From Octopus vulgaris (taxonomy: Eukaryota), in contig OX597822.1 of assembly GCA_951406725.2 (NCBI GenBank), positions 17,732,001 to 17,796,000 on the forward strand: a stretch of DNA of 64,000 nucleotides, read 5' to 3'. This document shows, one piece after another, positions 40,635 to 61,559 of this stretch. The translations under genes were made by a program, and so were the position numbers. Each line of letters begins with the position of its first letter. Within the stretch, counting starts at the first letter, position 1. A model generated the notes under the pieces. The model ran no database searches and was not told the origin of the DNA. It worked only from the letters and a program-made list of their open reading frames with translations.

Positions 40635-40965
40635 GTTTCACTCATTGGACTGTGGCCATGCTGGGGCATCACCTTAAGGAGTTTTAGTCAAATAGCTCAA
40701 CCCCAAGACTCAGTAATTTTAAACCTGGTATTTATTCTGTCAGTACATTTTGTTGAACCACTAAGTTACAAAGACCCCAGTTGTCAAGTGGTGGTGGGAC
40801 ATACACACATGTGAGGGGCTTCCATGCAGTTTCCATCTACTAAATACAATCATAAGCCATAAGTTGAGCTGGGGAGAAAAGTAGACAACACTTCCCAATG
40901 TGGCTTGGTGTGGGACTGAACCCAATACAGTGTGGTTGCAAAGTGAACTCCTTGACTACATAACC
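40635..40965 (-). mobile_element. Degenerate SINE family B copy with a CR1-type tail
   Basis: ggactgtggccatgctggggcatcacc and tgggactgaaccc are reverse complements of 39215-family motifs. Confidence 0.65.
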
Positions 40966-42195
40966 CCCCCACACACACACACACACCATGAATTAGTCTA
41001 TAGGAGGGACAGAACCTGTGGCCTTCAAGGGATTGACCAAAGAGCTGGAGAGAGAATTAAACTCAATAAGCACCGTCCTGATCCTGCATCTTGCAGAAAT
41101 GGTCAGCATCTTGACAGTCTGCTTAATGCCTCTGTTGACACCAAAACCATTCATAAATGGAATATGTTTGGTTTTGTTTTGATAAGAAAGATTCACTCTC
41201 ATTTTTGTTTGTTTTTGTTCTGGATATTTAAGTCTAAAAGTTTATCCTTTCATTTTTTTTTCATGTCTATTTTTCTATGCTATTTTCTGGTTATTATATT
41301 TAAGGCATTCTTTTCATGGCTGGATGCTGTTCTTGTTACCAATCATTTCTGGTTGTAAAAGCAAGAATGTTTTTTGTTCCTGTTTCAAGAGTACAGTAAA
41401 CATGACACCATTTTTGCTTTTCTCAGATGATCTCTTGTGGAGATGACAGCTTTCACACTCAAATAACCACACACACGGAACAGGTTTTCTTGTGATTCCT
41501 CTCCAACAACTTCACTCCCAAGGCATTGCTCAGCCCAGGGCAATTAGAAAAGGTGAACATTGTGACACTTGTTCCTCAATTTCTGTTCCATGGGACTGAA
41601 GACCACATGGTGGTGAAGTGAAATTCCTTATCCACATGGCCATGTTTGCACCTAATTGCCTTAAATAAGAGAAAATTTCCAAATATTTCAAGAAGACATT
41701 GGCACCTCAGGATTGGATAAAGATTATGCTACACATTAATGTTATTGACAGAAACTGACAACATAAAAATGATGACCTACCATGGTGGGTAAACGTGTCC
41801 TGATGTGCCATGATGCATTTTGGTTGCAACCACTTGAAGAAGGAGGAGGAGGACATTAAGTTCATTTATCATTAGTATTTAAAGAAACATGACTGTCAGA
41901 TGAGGACTAACATCACTAATGATTCTTCTTGGGAGTTTCTTAAATTTGCAACAAGGTGGGGTTAGATAAATGAGATTTGTTTTAAGATTAAGGTGCCACT
42001 GAAGAAAAGGACCAGTTGACCTAACAGGGCTCCATGCTGTATTTTTCAACCTAGTTTTGCTCCTACAGCTTTGGTTGAACCGATGCTGTGGTATGAGGTA
42101 CTAGCCTAAACTGTCACACAATGAGTTTGAAACTGGATCTCCTGCCTTAGGAATAAGATCAATTAGAAATTCACACATATATTCATAAATATGTT

Positions 42196-42233
<38 letters not shown>

Positions 42234-42243
42234 GGGTGTATAT

Positions 42244-42274
<31 letters not shown>

Positions 42275-42276
<2 letters not shown>

Positions 42277-42993
42277 GGGTGTTTGGGCTAAATTTGATAA
42301 TTTCTTTTGTCTCCTTTTTACGGGAACAGCTTGATGTATTGAGGAACAGCCCGTGAATGATGTAAAGGCTATTGGACATGATATGGACAGCTGCAATGGA
42401 GATTACAAAATTGTGGCCACCAGGAATGGACAAGGCAGGCATTCTGACTGTGTCTTCATGCCAGAATACATCCTCATAGGGCCTTAGGTTCAATTTAGTT
42501 GGCTATGTGGAGCTGCTGTAGACTGTAATCAATCTCTGGCTGAAGAGGGTTGTTACAGGAAGGCCATATGTGCTGCAATAGGATTTGGCTCCTTGAACTG
42601 CCTCCAGAATCTCTACAATTTCACTAGCCCCAATTCCTGGCCTCCTAATTCCTCCAATTGTAATGCCATAGATTACTATGTGTAGGACATGGTCTAACTA
42701 GAAAGACACTAGCCACTCTGCTCGCAGCAGCACGGCTGAGCTGGTGGCCAAGATCAAAGAGGAGTTTGAAGATTTCCCTTAGGATACAGTGAGGAATGAA
42801 TGCACCAGGTTTGAGAGTTGTCTTTAAGTTGGGGTGCAAGTTGAAGCCAACAACTTTGAGTAAACTGCTATCTCCCAGCCATAATCTAGTTTTGATATTT
42901 TGGGGTTTTTTAAAAATTCTTTATTTTTGGATGGGATATTTGTTTTCTCATCATTTTATGTAAACTGACAAATTTTTGCCTGAACATCCTCTA
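42275..42993 (+). mobile_element. Internally deleted Tc1/mariner (DD37D/maT-like) relic
   Basis: TIR-like ends tagggtgtttgggctaaatttgataattt / aaactgacaaatttttgcctgaacatcctcta; fragments GRPYVLQ*DLAP and SWPPNSSNCNAIDYYV (cf. WPPNSPDLNPLDY). Confidence 0.75.
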
Positions 42994-43313
42994 TATTATG
43001 TGTGTGAGTGTGTATTCTAAAAGGCTTCAAAGAGGCTGGTGTTGGTCTGTGTCTACAAGACTTATGTATTGAAATTGATAAAAACAGTGAAATGAACTTA
43101 TTGCTATGCGGAACTTTGGAGACAGTCCTTCTTCAGTGGAAAAGTTGAGAAAATGAGAGAAGCAAATGAGAAACAACAGAGTTTTACATACTGTAAGTTG
43201 GTCGTCAGTTCTCTTCACCCCAGGAAGTTAAAAGATTATGCAGACCTCTGCAGGATTTAAACCTAGAATGTAATGAAGTGAAAGAAATAAGACAAGGCAG
43301 TAATATACTAATA

Positions 43314-43349
<36 letters not shown>

Positions 43350-46076
43350 CTGATAATGATAATTATATTGACTTCAGACAGATGAAGTATTGTCAGATTT
43401 AAACACAGATATCTAAGTCACTGAATTCATTAATTATCCAGTCATTGGCAAGTTTATTATTAGCATACCAATCATTTGATCAAGCAGGATTACTTGGAAA
43501 TTCTTGACATAAGCTTAGAAACTGAAACCAATCAGAATTCTAACTCTTCTACAATTTATGATCAGCTTTATAACTAATACCCGCTCTAACCAAACATAAT
43601 TAACAATTTCAAGCTATCTTTAATGAACATTTTCCTAACCAAACACACGCATACAGATTTACCCATTAATATTGAATTCGAAATATTGACATAAATCATG
43701 TTATTACAATAATGATAACAAATGATTTCTCTTGATCAAGTCTTGCTTTATATTGCCTGCCAGTCTTATAAAGCATGGAATTTGTGTTCTCAGAATTTTC
43801 CTTGGTGTTTTCTTTCCACATCATTTTGTTTTCCAGCTCTTCTCTACAATAACAATAAACTCTACCATTGATTCTGATGTCTCCTACTCTTACAGCGTTT
43901 TCCTTTTGTTTTATTTCTGATGTTAATCCAGTTAATGACTTACAGACAAGTCCCACAGATCAGACCTAAAAAAAAGATTGTTATACATAGTGGCTGGTAG
44001 TTTAGTTTGACACTTTGTCTTTGCTCTCCATACTTTAAGATGGTCCATAGGGCTCAGTTCATAGTTCCTTATGGTTTTGCAGCAAGCTAACCTCCATTTG
44101 TTGTGATTCAGTGCAGTTTTCGTTTGTTTTCAAATGTGTGTGTGTGCAATAAAATCTTCATCACTTTCAGATTAGCTTTCAGCCTCTTCTTCCACTTTGA
44201 CCCGGGTCTTCTCTGCTTCTCTTTCCTAGTAAAGTCTCTTTTGTTAGAATATAATTTCATATTTTCAAATTCTGAAATGCAATGGCATCACATTGAGACA
44301 AGCTCAGAAAAAATGTGAGTCACTACGGTTCTATAACATTTTCTTTGGGCTTACACCTTACAGTACCAGATATCCAGGGCTCAACAACTCATGGAACCGG
44401 TGGTCAACACTGATATCTCAATACATACGATAATATTTGTCTTCCTTCTGAGATTTCAAGTAGAAGCTATCATCGTCATCAACATTGTCATTATGCCTGG
44501 TTTCCAGTTATGGCTTAGCTCTCTCATTTCTGTTCTCCTCTGTGGCTTGGCAGACTGCATCTCTTTCGTGTCTGGTTTCACATCTTTAGTTGGATGCTAT
44601 TCATAGTATCAACCACTTTACAGAGTCTTCTGGGTGCATTTTTTGTCATTTTTTTGGTGACACTTGTATTAGAGATTGTTAAATCTGACATGACTCAACC
44701 CTCCACTTAAATTGTACTGGATGCATTTTCTTGTGGTGCCATCATTCGAATAGATTGCTGTGAGAAAGAGAATATTGGATAGCATGAGGTGAATGATGGA
44801 TGTCAATAGAAAATGACCAGTGGGGGGAGGGGGACAGGATTAAAGGTTGATTTTTATGCACAATGTGATGAGGCCTTTTAATACATTATTTCATAAAAAT
44901 GATCTATTTCCAAACTTATCTAATTTTCAATCATCTTAATTACTTATAATTTGAATTTACCTCTTATTTTATTTCACCTGTTCAGAGAGAGTCAGTTAAT
45001 TATATTTGTGAATCACTAAGGTTGCATGTGTGTGTGTTTATGCATTTATGTATGTGTTTTTGAGTTTTTGTATAAATGTGCAACTTAATTTCATATTTTT
45101 CTGCAGCCATTTTCATACATTATGGCATTTCAAGCTATCTTACCTTGACCTGTACCTGTGGCACTCAATAAAGTTCTCTATTCTTCTTTCAAGTCCAATT
45201 CAGCCATACTTCTATTACTGTGCTGTAATAACTTTGATGAATATTCGCTAATAACTCAATTCATATGGCAACATTTAAACAAAATTTCAATAGGTTTATA
45301 TTTTACTGACTTACCTGTAATTAGAGTTGTTTTGAGACTAAAATTCCATTACAGATAGAACCTTTTTATTGAATCCGTTCTAGACACCAAAACACTTAAA
45401 TGACAATAAATAAATAAATAAATTGTAACATATTTTATGGATCCACAATTATTTTAGAATGTTATTTAAATTTCTATATAGATATATAATAAGAAAATGG
45501 CTTAAATTATTCTCAAAGACTTTTAATGCCTTATTCCAACTTAAGACAGCAAGCTTGCTGAATCAGTAGAGCATCAGAGAAAATGCTTTGTGGAGGTCAA
45601 CTGTACCTTTCGTCCACTCAGAGTCAATAAAATATACTGCAAGTCAAGAAGTGGAGCAGTGGTGGTAGTTTGTGGGTGAAGGTAACTGACCATTGCCCCT
45701 TCTATCAAAAATTGTGGACCTTGCACTTAAAGCAGAAACCAATTTATTGTTCCAACTTGCATTCAGGGTTAGAAAGTGATATTCAGAGAATTTATTGTAG
45801 TTGTTGTAGTTGGTTATCTCAATGGTAACTCAAACCCAAGAGTCTTATGATTAAATTCTTTACAGCCTTAGCCATTGTATCTTTCCTTCTGTCTTGGCCT
45901 TGACTTTCCAATGTGATCTTTCAATCAAGATGTATATAGGAGTGGGATATTTGGTTGCCATTTCTAGCAAATCAAGCAACCATGCAGAGGTTCTCTTGGT
46001 TTATTTAAATGTTTAAAACCTGTCATGGTGCTTTATTTTACAAGATTCTTCCTGTAAGAAAATTGAGCAGAAGTCT

Positions 46077-46114
<38 letters not shown>

Positions 46115-46420
46115 GGTACTGGATGGCAAAATTTGAGCACTATGAGAAAATATCTTGGGTTATTTTGATCTATCATAGCTGTATCCCTTTACTCCAGGAT
46201 GGCTTTGTCCCATCAATAAAATAAATAACAGGAAAAGATGTCAGAGATTAAAACATTTGAACTCTGAGCTGTAGCATGGCCACAATCAAATGACTAAAAC
46301 TAGTTGGTGAATACTTAAAGAAGAGTCTTTGAAAATGATGAACCACGAAAGGTTTTGGGCATTTAAATAAAGCACATCAATAAGAAATGAGAGAACCTCT
46401 CTGTAGAAATAGCAGCCAAA

Positions 46421-46652
46421 TACCTATTTCTTTATTACCCACAAGGGGCTAAACACAGAGGGGACAAACAAGGACAGACATAGGTATTAAGTTGATTACA
46501 TCGACCCCATTGCGTAACTGGTACTTAATTTATCGACCCCGAAAGGATGAAAGGCAAAGTCGACCTCGGCGGAATTTGAACTCACAACATAACGGCAGAC
46601 GAAATACCGCAAAGCATTTCTCCCAGCGTGCTAACGTTTCTGCCAGCTCACC
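46421..46652 (-). mobile_element. tRNA-derived SINE, family D
   Basis: Minus: ggtgagctggcagaaacgttagc...gagttcaaattccgccgaggtcgactttgcctttcatcctttcggggtcgataaattaagtacc. Confidence 0.85.
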
Positions 46653-47869
46653 CCAGTGCTAATACACTCTACCTTTTTGAAAATGGAAAATCATGGTGGT
46701 TAATGTAGCTGAAGATAGCGAAAATCATGAGATGGTTGATCGTACGACTGTTGGATTTGAGTTACAATCGGGCTAAACAATGACAGGAAATACTTGATCA
46801 CTTTCTAATTATGAATGCACGTTGGAATAATATATTGGTTTCAGATTTAGACATGAAGGTAGCAAATTTGGAGGGAAAAGGGATTGGTCGAAACCATTGC
46901 TCTACATCCCTCACTTATCAACTGGATTGTAATTCTATTGACCTCGCAAGGAAGACTCATGTAGTTAACCTCAGCCTGACTGGAACTGCATTTTTTAGAA
47001 TACTCTAATAATTCAACAAACTTGCTTCCTAAAGTCTTTTGAAAAGATTTAAACTAGGCTCCCAGCCTTACCAGCTTCTGTTAAATTGTGCAACCCATAC
47101 CAGCATGGAAAACAGACATTTGATGATGATGATGATTTCGAATGAAAAATTGCAATTGCAGTCACTTGGAATGCTTTGACCATGATTACAAAGCAAACTT
47201 CTGGACCTTACTATTATGTCCACTGCCTTTCACAAAGATAAAATAGTTTCCTACTTGTCATGAAAGTAACTATTAAACACATGGTGTCTCCTAGTACAAG
47301 GGAGATAATGCTATATTCCTAATATTTGGTGGGATTAGAAATGCTGCCATTCTGATTCTTCTGTTATCCAGCTGACACAGGCAGGTCCTTTGTGCACATC
47401 GTTAATCCTTATGGTCATTAACACAAAACACTTTCATTGATATATCAGATTGATGTAGACAAACAACGAATTTAAAGAGGTGAACATCACTTACAATTGA
47501 GAATATAGATTTATGGCTTGATATTTTTCTATCCGATGTTTTTAATTTAAAAAAATAATCCCTGTGGATTTCTCGTAGCAAACAAAAGGTCAAACCACAT
47601 TCATTTGTCTCTTTCTTCAGAAAATGGTTTCTATGTTGTTTTTCTTCTTTTATTTCCATTGCTTTCACTCTTTTCTATTCTGTTGCCTTGCTTCCATCTT
47701 TTCTGAGGTCAGTGCCTCGTTAGGATTCTGTTATTCTGAGATGGTATTTGTCTACAATTCAATAGCAGTATTATAATTTAATATTCATGATTACCATTTT
47801 TATACAATGTGTATCTGTGTGTGTCAGTGTATCCTGTTCATTTTTGTAATTAAAAGTTCAGCTTTGCAG

Positions 47870-47870
<1 letters not shown>

Positions 47871-47944
<74 letters not shown>
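47871..47944. repeat. (TTA)n microsatellite
   Basis: Pure trinucleotide run. Confidence 0.95.
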
Positions 47945-49139
47945 TCAATGCTTTCTTTTCATATTTTACCAAGATTTTCTGAAAAAGAAATCTCAGAGTA
48001 ATCCCCTTGAGATGTAATTGATTTAATATTATCTGAAAGGCTGCCAATGTTTAGTAAATTTTATGGCAGTTTCTTTTGCAGTTGTTGTTTTGTTTAATAT
48101 TAAATGATTTAAAGGCAAGATTGTGGAAAGACAAAATGTACAAGATAACATCTTACTCATCAGGTTACACACGAACAAATGGATGAATGAATTAGTCCTT
48201 CTGCATTGTTGTGAGTCAGGGGCCTCATAAACAACTCTCACTTCCTGCTACACCTTGTAGTCTTTTACTGCAGTTCTACACACTGTTAGGCCCCTTACCC
48301 ACTCTGTTCTTGATGCTATCACTCCATCTTCGTATTTGTCATAAACGAAGTCTCTAATTATATCACACAATATAGACCATAAACATTACTGATTGTGACA
48401 ATAACACTCTTAATATTAATTTGTCTTCTCGTTTTGTTTGTTCGCTGGCCAGAAAGTGAAATTGATTCAAAATGAGATAATCAACATTATTGTTTCAAAC
48501 ATTAACAATTATTGAGCTTCTTTTCATATAAAAGAATTCCTATAATTTAAGCATAAAATGGACAATCTCTACTATTAATTCAAATATATAGATTTTCCAA
48601 TCAAAATATTGTAAAGATGCATTTAAGAAATTCAAGAATATGCTGTTTCTGAAAATTCAAATACATTGGATATTTCTCTTAATTATTTTTTGAATTGCTG
48701 TTTATCTTACTGGTGCCAAAGTTTAATACCAGTTGCTGACACTGTCAGGGAAAGAATAAAATCCATTCTCTATGTGTAAATAAATCAGTTTTGAAGAAGT
48801 CAATTAAAGCTTGCAAATCTTTGCAATCCTATAATTTTAATCTGAGCTGCAATTATAAGATAATCACTGGAATTCCAGAAAATTAATGACTTTGAGTATT
48901 TGCAAGATTTTCTTCCTCTCTCCCTGATCAAGTCTCTTCTCTTTCTTGCTTCTCTTAATAGGTCTGCTCATAAATGTTATACGTAAATATGTGCATACAC
49001 ACACACACACACATACATGCGTGTGTGCACACACATATACATACATGCACACATCCATATATACATACATTCATGTATACATGCATCCATTCACACACAC
49101 ATTCACACACCTTGTTTGTAGGTTAACAAGGCAATCCTT

Positions 49140-49305
49140 ATTGGTTTGATATCAAGAGAAATCTTTCAACAATTATCGAGCCTGTCACTTGGTTGTAGTG
49201 TTGGTCATAACGTCTTCATATCATCTCCAAGATGGTGATGAGTACGAAGATTCAATATGGCAAGCTTGATAATTGTTGAGAGACTTCTATTGACATGAAA
49301 CAAAT
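49140..49305. mobile_element. Palindromic MITE-like element
   Basis: tttgatatcaagagaaatctttcaacaattatcgagcctgtca versus tggcaagcttgataattgttgagagacttctattgacatgaaa; inner hairpin tcttcatatcatc/gatgagtacgaaga. Confidence 0.65.
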
Positions 49306-50143
49306 GGTAGCCACATTAAATCACAGATAAAGAATATTTATGCTTTAATACACTGCTGAGCACTCATTCTCACTGTTCAGTATTAACACATATGTACACA
49401 CACATATAGACACATGTATGGTTGTATGTTTACAACCATGTGTGTGTGTGTGTGCATCTCCTATTCTTGACATTGTATATTTACTATAAAAGCTGACTAA
49501 ACAAACTTTGTCATCATGCAAGTGGTGGTGTTTGTTTGCCATGTCCTATGAAAACCTGTCCAGACTAAGAGAAAATATTATCTTGTTTGGATACAGATTG
49601 CAGTTGGTGACAGCAAGAGCATCCAAGTGTTGAAAATTCTGCCTCAGCCATTTTGTTTGACCCATAACAGCAGAGAAAAGGAAATGTTGAAATGAGGATG
49701 CATGCATGCACCTACATGCATGTGTATGTGGCTCTTGATATCCTGTTCTTGGCACCGATTCTGCAAAATGTTGAAGATGTTGACATTTCTTGTTGACATT
49801 TTTAAAGACAACTGGAATAAACAATCCCTTACTCGAAAAACAGGTGATGATTAGTGACAGAGCGTCTGGTCATAACATTTTGCCTCATTTAATTATCCGC
49901 TCAACCCATGGTAGCATGAAAAAAGTGAACATTAAACAAACTAGTATGTATGTGTGTATGTATGTATGTGTGTGTGTGTGTGTATGTATACATATATGCA
50001 TCTGTTTTATATGTATGCCCATTTTATGTGTGTATGCAAAAGATATAGAATTTAAAATAAAATAAGATATACACACACACATACACACACATGTACACAT
50101 ATTGTATATGTGTGTATACACTCCTCCATACACACATATGGCT

Positions 50144-50459
50144 AGGTGCATGGCTCAAGGGTTAGAGTGTTGAGTAGTGAGTTTGGTTCCCAGACCAAGT
50201 TGTGTGTTGTGTTCTTGAGCAAGACACTTCATTTTACGTTGCTCCACTTCGCTCATCTGTAGAAGTGAGTTGTGACATCACTGATGCTGAGCTTTATCAC
50301 CATTTGCCTTTCCCTTGGTTAACATCAGTGGCATGGAGAGGGCAGGCTGGTATGAATGGGCGACTGCTGGGCTTCCATAAGCAATCTTACCTAGATTTGT
50401 GCCTTGGAGGGTAACTTTCTGGGTGCAATCCTATGATCATTCATGACTGAAGGAGGTCT
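50144..50459 (+). mobile_element. tRNA-derived SINE, family C
   Basis: Colinear with 23294-23622. Confidence 0.8.
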
Positions 50460-50699
50460 ACCACGTATCCACCCCACCGCACACATATGTATGCACAAAT
50501 TTATGCCCCGTTCATTTGGAACTAGTTTGATAAGTGCTTAATGCACAAAACTCTCTGACCTTGAGTCACTCTGTAAGTTCTGCTGGTTATTACTAAAGTA
50601 CATATATTTACTCGTGCTTTGATTTCTGTTTTTCCTGTTTGCATCACCAAGTATATATATATATATTGATCAAAATAAAAACATGATGCCAAGGATTCA

Positions 50700-50777
50700 G
50701 CGGTACATATGTTTCGGGCCTTTATTAGACAGATTTATAACAATGCATAATGTATGTCTGTGGCCTTCTTCAGCCGC
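50700..50777 (-). ncRNA. Minimal type I hammerhead ribozyme
   Basis: gcgg-CTGAAGA-aggcc...ggccc-GAAAC-atat-GTA-ccgc: 4-bp stem I, GGCC/GGCC stem II, palindromic stem III ACATATGT. Confidence 0.75.
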
Positions 50778-51497
50778 GCACAACAGCTTCCACAAGGACA
50801 TGTGTTACATCAAAAATTCTTGGTTGGGGATGCAAATTCTCTCATTCGCGTACGACATAATGCGGCAACAGCATAGAATTGAAGCGTCCATCTCTTTCTT
50901 CTCTCAATGTAGAATGAGGAAATTTGGATGTTGAAGTAATGTAAATAAATTAATAAATAAATACATATATGGACGTGAAGGAACCTGGTAATAAGAGTAA
51001 ATAGGGGTAAAGATGGAGGGGCGAGAATTCAGGACGAAGGATAAAAACTATATAAAAAGTGTAAGTATAGAAAAATATAAAAATGTAGAGTATAAAGGTA
51101 TAAAGAGATATAAGGAGATATAAAGGGGATATAAAGAATATAAAAAAATATAAATGAATATAAAGGTATAAAGCTATAAAGTAAAAATAGAAATAGAAAT
51201 GATAAAAAATGTAAAAAAATATAAGGATAAGGGATGTATAGTGGTTACGGACCAAACATGGTGGTCAGGAAAATGACAAAATTTAGTTGTAGAGGTTTTG
51301 GGTGTCAATAAATCAACAGGGGTGTCTGGGGACCTAGTGTATTGTAAATCAGAGCTGTTGAGCAGCTAATCTAGTTCCTTGGATTAAGTGGTCATCTTGT
51401 ACATACGTACCAGCATGGATACATACACCCATATACACGCGCACATATATGCGCGCATACACAGCTCCAAGCATATAAGCATGAAATAACATTTCAT

Positions 51498-52001
<504 letters not shown>

Positions 52002-53758
52002 AAACTTAGATATGTTTCGACCAGAGATTGGTCCAGGCCATGTCTAACTTAATAGCACCACCTGATAGGATTATTCGAATCCTGTTTAAGTCAAGTTTTG
52101 TTCAAGTAGTGAGTTCTTGTTGGGTGAGTTGTATCCAGTTTTGTTCAAGTAGTGAGTTCTTGTTGGGTGAGTTGTATCCAATTATGGGTGGCTTGTCTGG
52201 TATTCTTTGAAGGAATCTATCCAGACTCTGTTTGAAGTTGATGGGATCCTTTTCCTCTTTGATCTCCCTCGGGACAATGTTAAATAGGGCAGGGCCTGTT
52301 GAGGAAAAGAAATTATGTTGCAGTGTACATGTATGTTGTGATCTTGAATTTGGCAGGGGACGTATAGCCCGTGGTCCAAGTCTCGGATGAACCTTGAAGC
52401 TAATGTTTAGGTCGTTTGGGCAAAGTTGGCGGTATATTTTCCACATCGTACAAATGATGTACCGCTCACGGCGACGCTGGAGGGAGTAAAGTTTCAAGGC
52501 TTTAAGGCGATCCCAATAGTCGAGAGCAGCCATGCCTTCAATTTGTTTAGTGAGAGCCCTCTGGGGTGACTCAATTCTGGAGATGTTTTGTCTTGTGTGA
52601 GGAGACCACAGTGGGCAGCAGTATTCAAGGTGTGGCCGTACAAAGGAGGAAAAAAGTGGTATGATGACACCTTGTTCTCTGGACCGGAAAGTTCTTAAGA
52701 TCCAGGAACTCATCCTACGAGCTGTATCGACCTTCTTGTTGATATGTGCGCTCCAACTGAGATCGTCATCAACAATTACACCCAGGTCTCTGATATTGTT
52801 AGAGGCTGTGAGCGGTTCCCCTGAAGGAAGAGAGTATGGTTGTTTTAGTGAGGAATTTCTTCCAAAATGCATCAGCTCAAATTTTCCCTCATTCAGTTGC
52901 ATTTTGTTTCTGTCTGCCCATTGACTCACAGCATATAGGTCAGACTGGAGTTGAGTTCGGTCTGCTTCTTCATTGACGATTTGCTGGAGCTTAGTGTCAT
53001 CAGCAAATATTTTCACTTTGCAGTGATGTACGACACTGGAAAGGTCGTTTACATAAATTATGAAGAGTAGCGGACCCAAAACAGTTCCCTGGGGAACACC
53101 ACTGGTGACTTTTGCTGGGTTTGAGTGGACTCCATCAACTACAACATGTTGTGTTCTATTCGCTAGGAAATACTGAATCCAGTGTAGAACTTTTCCACGG
53201 ATTCCAAAATTTGCCAATTTTGAGAGTAGGATGTTATGGTCTACCCTGTCGAACGCTTTACTGAAGTCAAGGTATATGACGTCAGAGTTCGAACCTGTTC
53301 CCAAGGCTTTGAGTACATCTTCAATGTGGTGTAAGAGCTGTGTTAGACAGTCCCTGCCACAGCGAAAGCCATGTTGATTTGAATTTAGTAGTTTGTGGGT
53401 CTCCAGGAAGTCAGCTATCCTTGATCTTAACACTCTTTCAAACACTTTAATGATGTGGGAGGTGAGTGAGATTGGGCGATAGTTGACTGCGAGGGATCTG
53501 TTTCCCTGTTTGAAAACCGGGATGACCGACTGGGATAGAAACTTTTTCGGTATATAACCTGCGTCTAACGAGTTTCTCCAGAGGTTGGTCAGAGGGACTG
53601 CAAGTTGATATCTACATTCCTTCAGGAGACTGGCGGGAAATCTATCAGGGCCTACAGCGGAGTAATGTTTGACCTCATTTATTGCTGCTACGATGTCGGT
53701 GGCAGTGAAGGTTATGTCTGCGATTTTGTGTTGGGAGTCAGCTTCGTTCGTTTCCCTC

Positions 53759-53760
<2 letters not shown>
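52002..53760 (-). mobile_element. 5'-truncated CR1/L2-group LINE with an uninterrupted RT-to-C-terminus frame (~550 aa, 52102-53760)
   Basis: [66 protein letters not shown]; 3' stem-loop gaccaatctctggtc-gaaac. Confidence 0.95.
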
Positions 53761-55876
<2,116 letters not shown>

Positions 55877-56029
55877 TATGTGAAATAGAAAGATGAATAA
55901 TCTTGTAGTAGATTAATCAAAAGTTTAACCGATACCTTAGTAGCAAAAATCACAGCAGTAAAACAGCACGGTTGGAGGTACAACCATATGGTGTTGCAAC
56001 CGTGCGTTGGTGTGGATAATTGAAATTAG

Positions 56030-58574
<2,545 letters not shown>

Positions 58575-58587
58575 CATATATATATAC

Positions 58588-58673
<86 letters not shown>

Positions 58674-58902
58674 TGTGTGTATATGTGGTACATCTATGTA
58701 TGTGTATGTAAACACTATTTATATGTATATGTGTATATATGTATATGCATTGTCTATATATATATATATTATATGTATGTATTGCGTATGTATATTGCAT
58801 GCATATATTGTGTATGTATATTGCTTACATGCTGTATGTGTGTATATATATGCTAGGTGTATTTGTGTGATATTTATATTATGTATGTATGTGTGCGTGT
58901 GT

Positions 58903-58936
<34 letters not shown>

Positions 58937-59553
58937 TTATATATCTGTGTATGTTATATATAGATACATGTTATATTTGTGTGCTGTGTGTATATGTGAT
59001 ATATGTGGGTGCGTTGTGTGTGGGTGTGTGTGTTCTGTGTGTGTGTGTGTTGTTTGTATGTGGTGTGTGTTTGTATACTATGTGTGTGTGTGTGTGTTGT
59101 TGTGTGTGTGTGTGTGTTTGTGTGTATATATATGTGTGTGACAAACAGACACTGTCTGACCAGCAGGCAGGGACACATCTATTCACACCAGCATACTAAC
59201 CTCCTGATAACCCCAAAATCATTCATGCATAAAGGGGAAGTATACACCACATTGGCTACTTCTTCTGTTCTCTCAGTTCAGCCTTTCTGCTAATACTGAC
59301 AGGTCAGTAAAAACATACTTAAAATATTCTGAGATGTACAAAAAAATCCATTTTAATTTTTGCTGTCAAAACGCTGTATATATATACCAAAGATTGTATA
59401 TATATACATGTAATGTGACAATTTGCGACAACCAATAATTAACGCAACCAATTCCCAATAATATATTTGTTTTATCCTTTTCTGCCAAATTTTCCCAAAT
59501 AGTCTCATCACACTATTGAACTTCTCTGTTACCAAACACTATATTTATACATG

Positions 59554-59783
59554 TAATGTGACAATTATGTATAAAAAAACATTTTTGAATTCATAATATC
59601 CAATGTGACAATTATGTAAAAAACTTTTTTGAATGCATAATATTCAATGTGACAATTATGTAAAAAACTTTTTTGAACCCATAATATCCAATGTGACAAT
59701 TATGTAAAAAACTTTTTTGAATGCATAATATTCAATGTGACAATTATGTAAAAAACTTTTTTTGAACCCATATTATTCAATGT
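59554..59783. repeat. 44-bp minisatellite, about 5 copies
   Basis: caatgtgacaattatgtaaaaaacttttttgaa(tgc/ccc)ataatat; unit starts at 59601, 59645, 59689, 59733 and 59778. Confidence 0.9.
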
Positions 59784-59914
59784 TTCCTTAAATGTAACTT
59801 TTGACAATCTTTTACCAAAGAGTGAAACTGGTTAAGTAAATAAACATCGTTTAAATTGCATTTTCAAACCTTTTTTCTTATATAATCCCACTCGTGCGAT
59901 ACCCCACAACTCAA

Positions 59915-61035
<1,121 letters not shown>

Positions 61036-61065
61036 GTATATATATATATATATACATATATATAC

Positions 61066-61101
<36 letters not shown>

Positions 61102-61130
61102 GTATATATATATATATATAATATATATAC

Positions 61131-61168
<38 letters not shown>

Positions 61169-61332
61169 GTATATATATATATATATACATATATATACAT
61201 ATGTATATATATATATATACATATATATACATATGTATATATATATATATATACATATATATACATATGTATATATATATATATATACACATATATATAC
61301 ATATGTATATATATATATATACATATATATAC

Positions 61333-61368
<36 letters not shown>

Positions 61369-61512
61369 GTATATATATACATATATATATACATATGTAT
61401 ATACATATGTATATATATACATATATATACATATGTATATATATATATATACATATATATACATATGTATATATATATATATATATATACATATACACAT
61501 ATATATATATAC

Positions 61513-61544
<32 letters not shown>

Positions 61545-61559
61545 TTATTATATAGAAGG

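Noticed and set aside
43095-43145. Minus-strand CTGAAGA-aggactgtctcc-AAA hammerhead-like motif
   Set aside because: GAAA is broken and stems I and III cannot be formed; at best a heavily decayed relic.
52005-52035. Hairpin followed by GAAAC resembling half a hammerhead
   Set aside because: No CUGANGA box; it is the LINE 3' terminal stem-loop also seen in the other CR1 tails.
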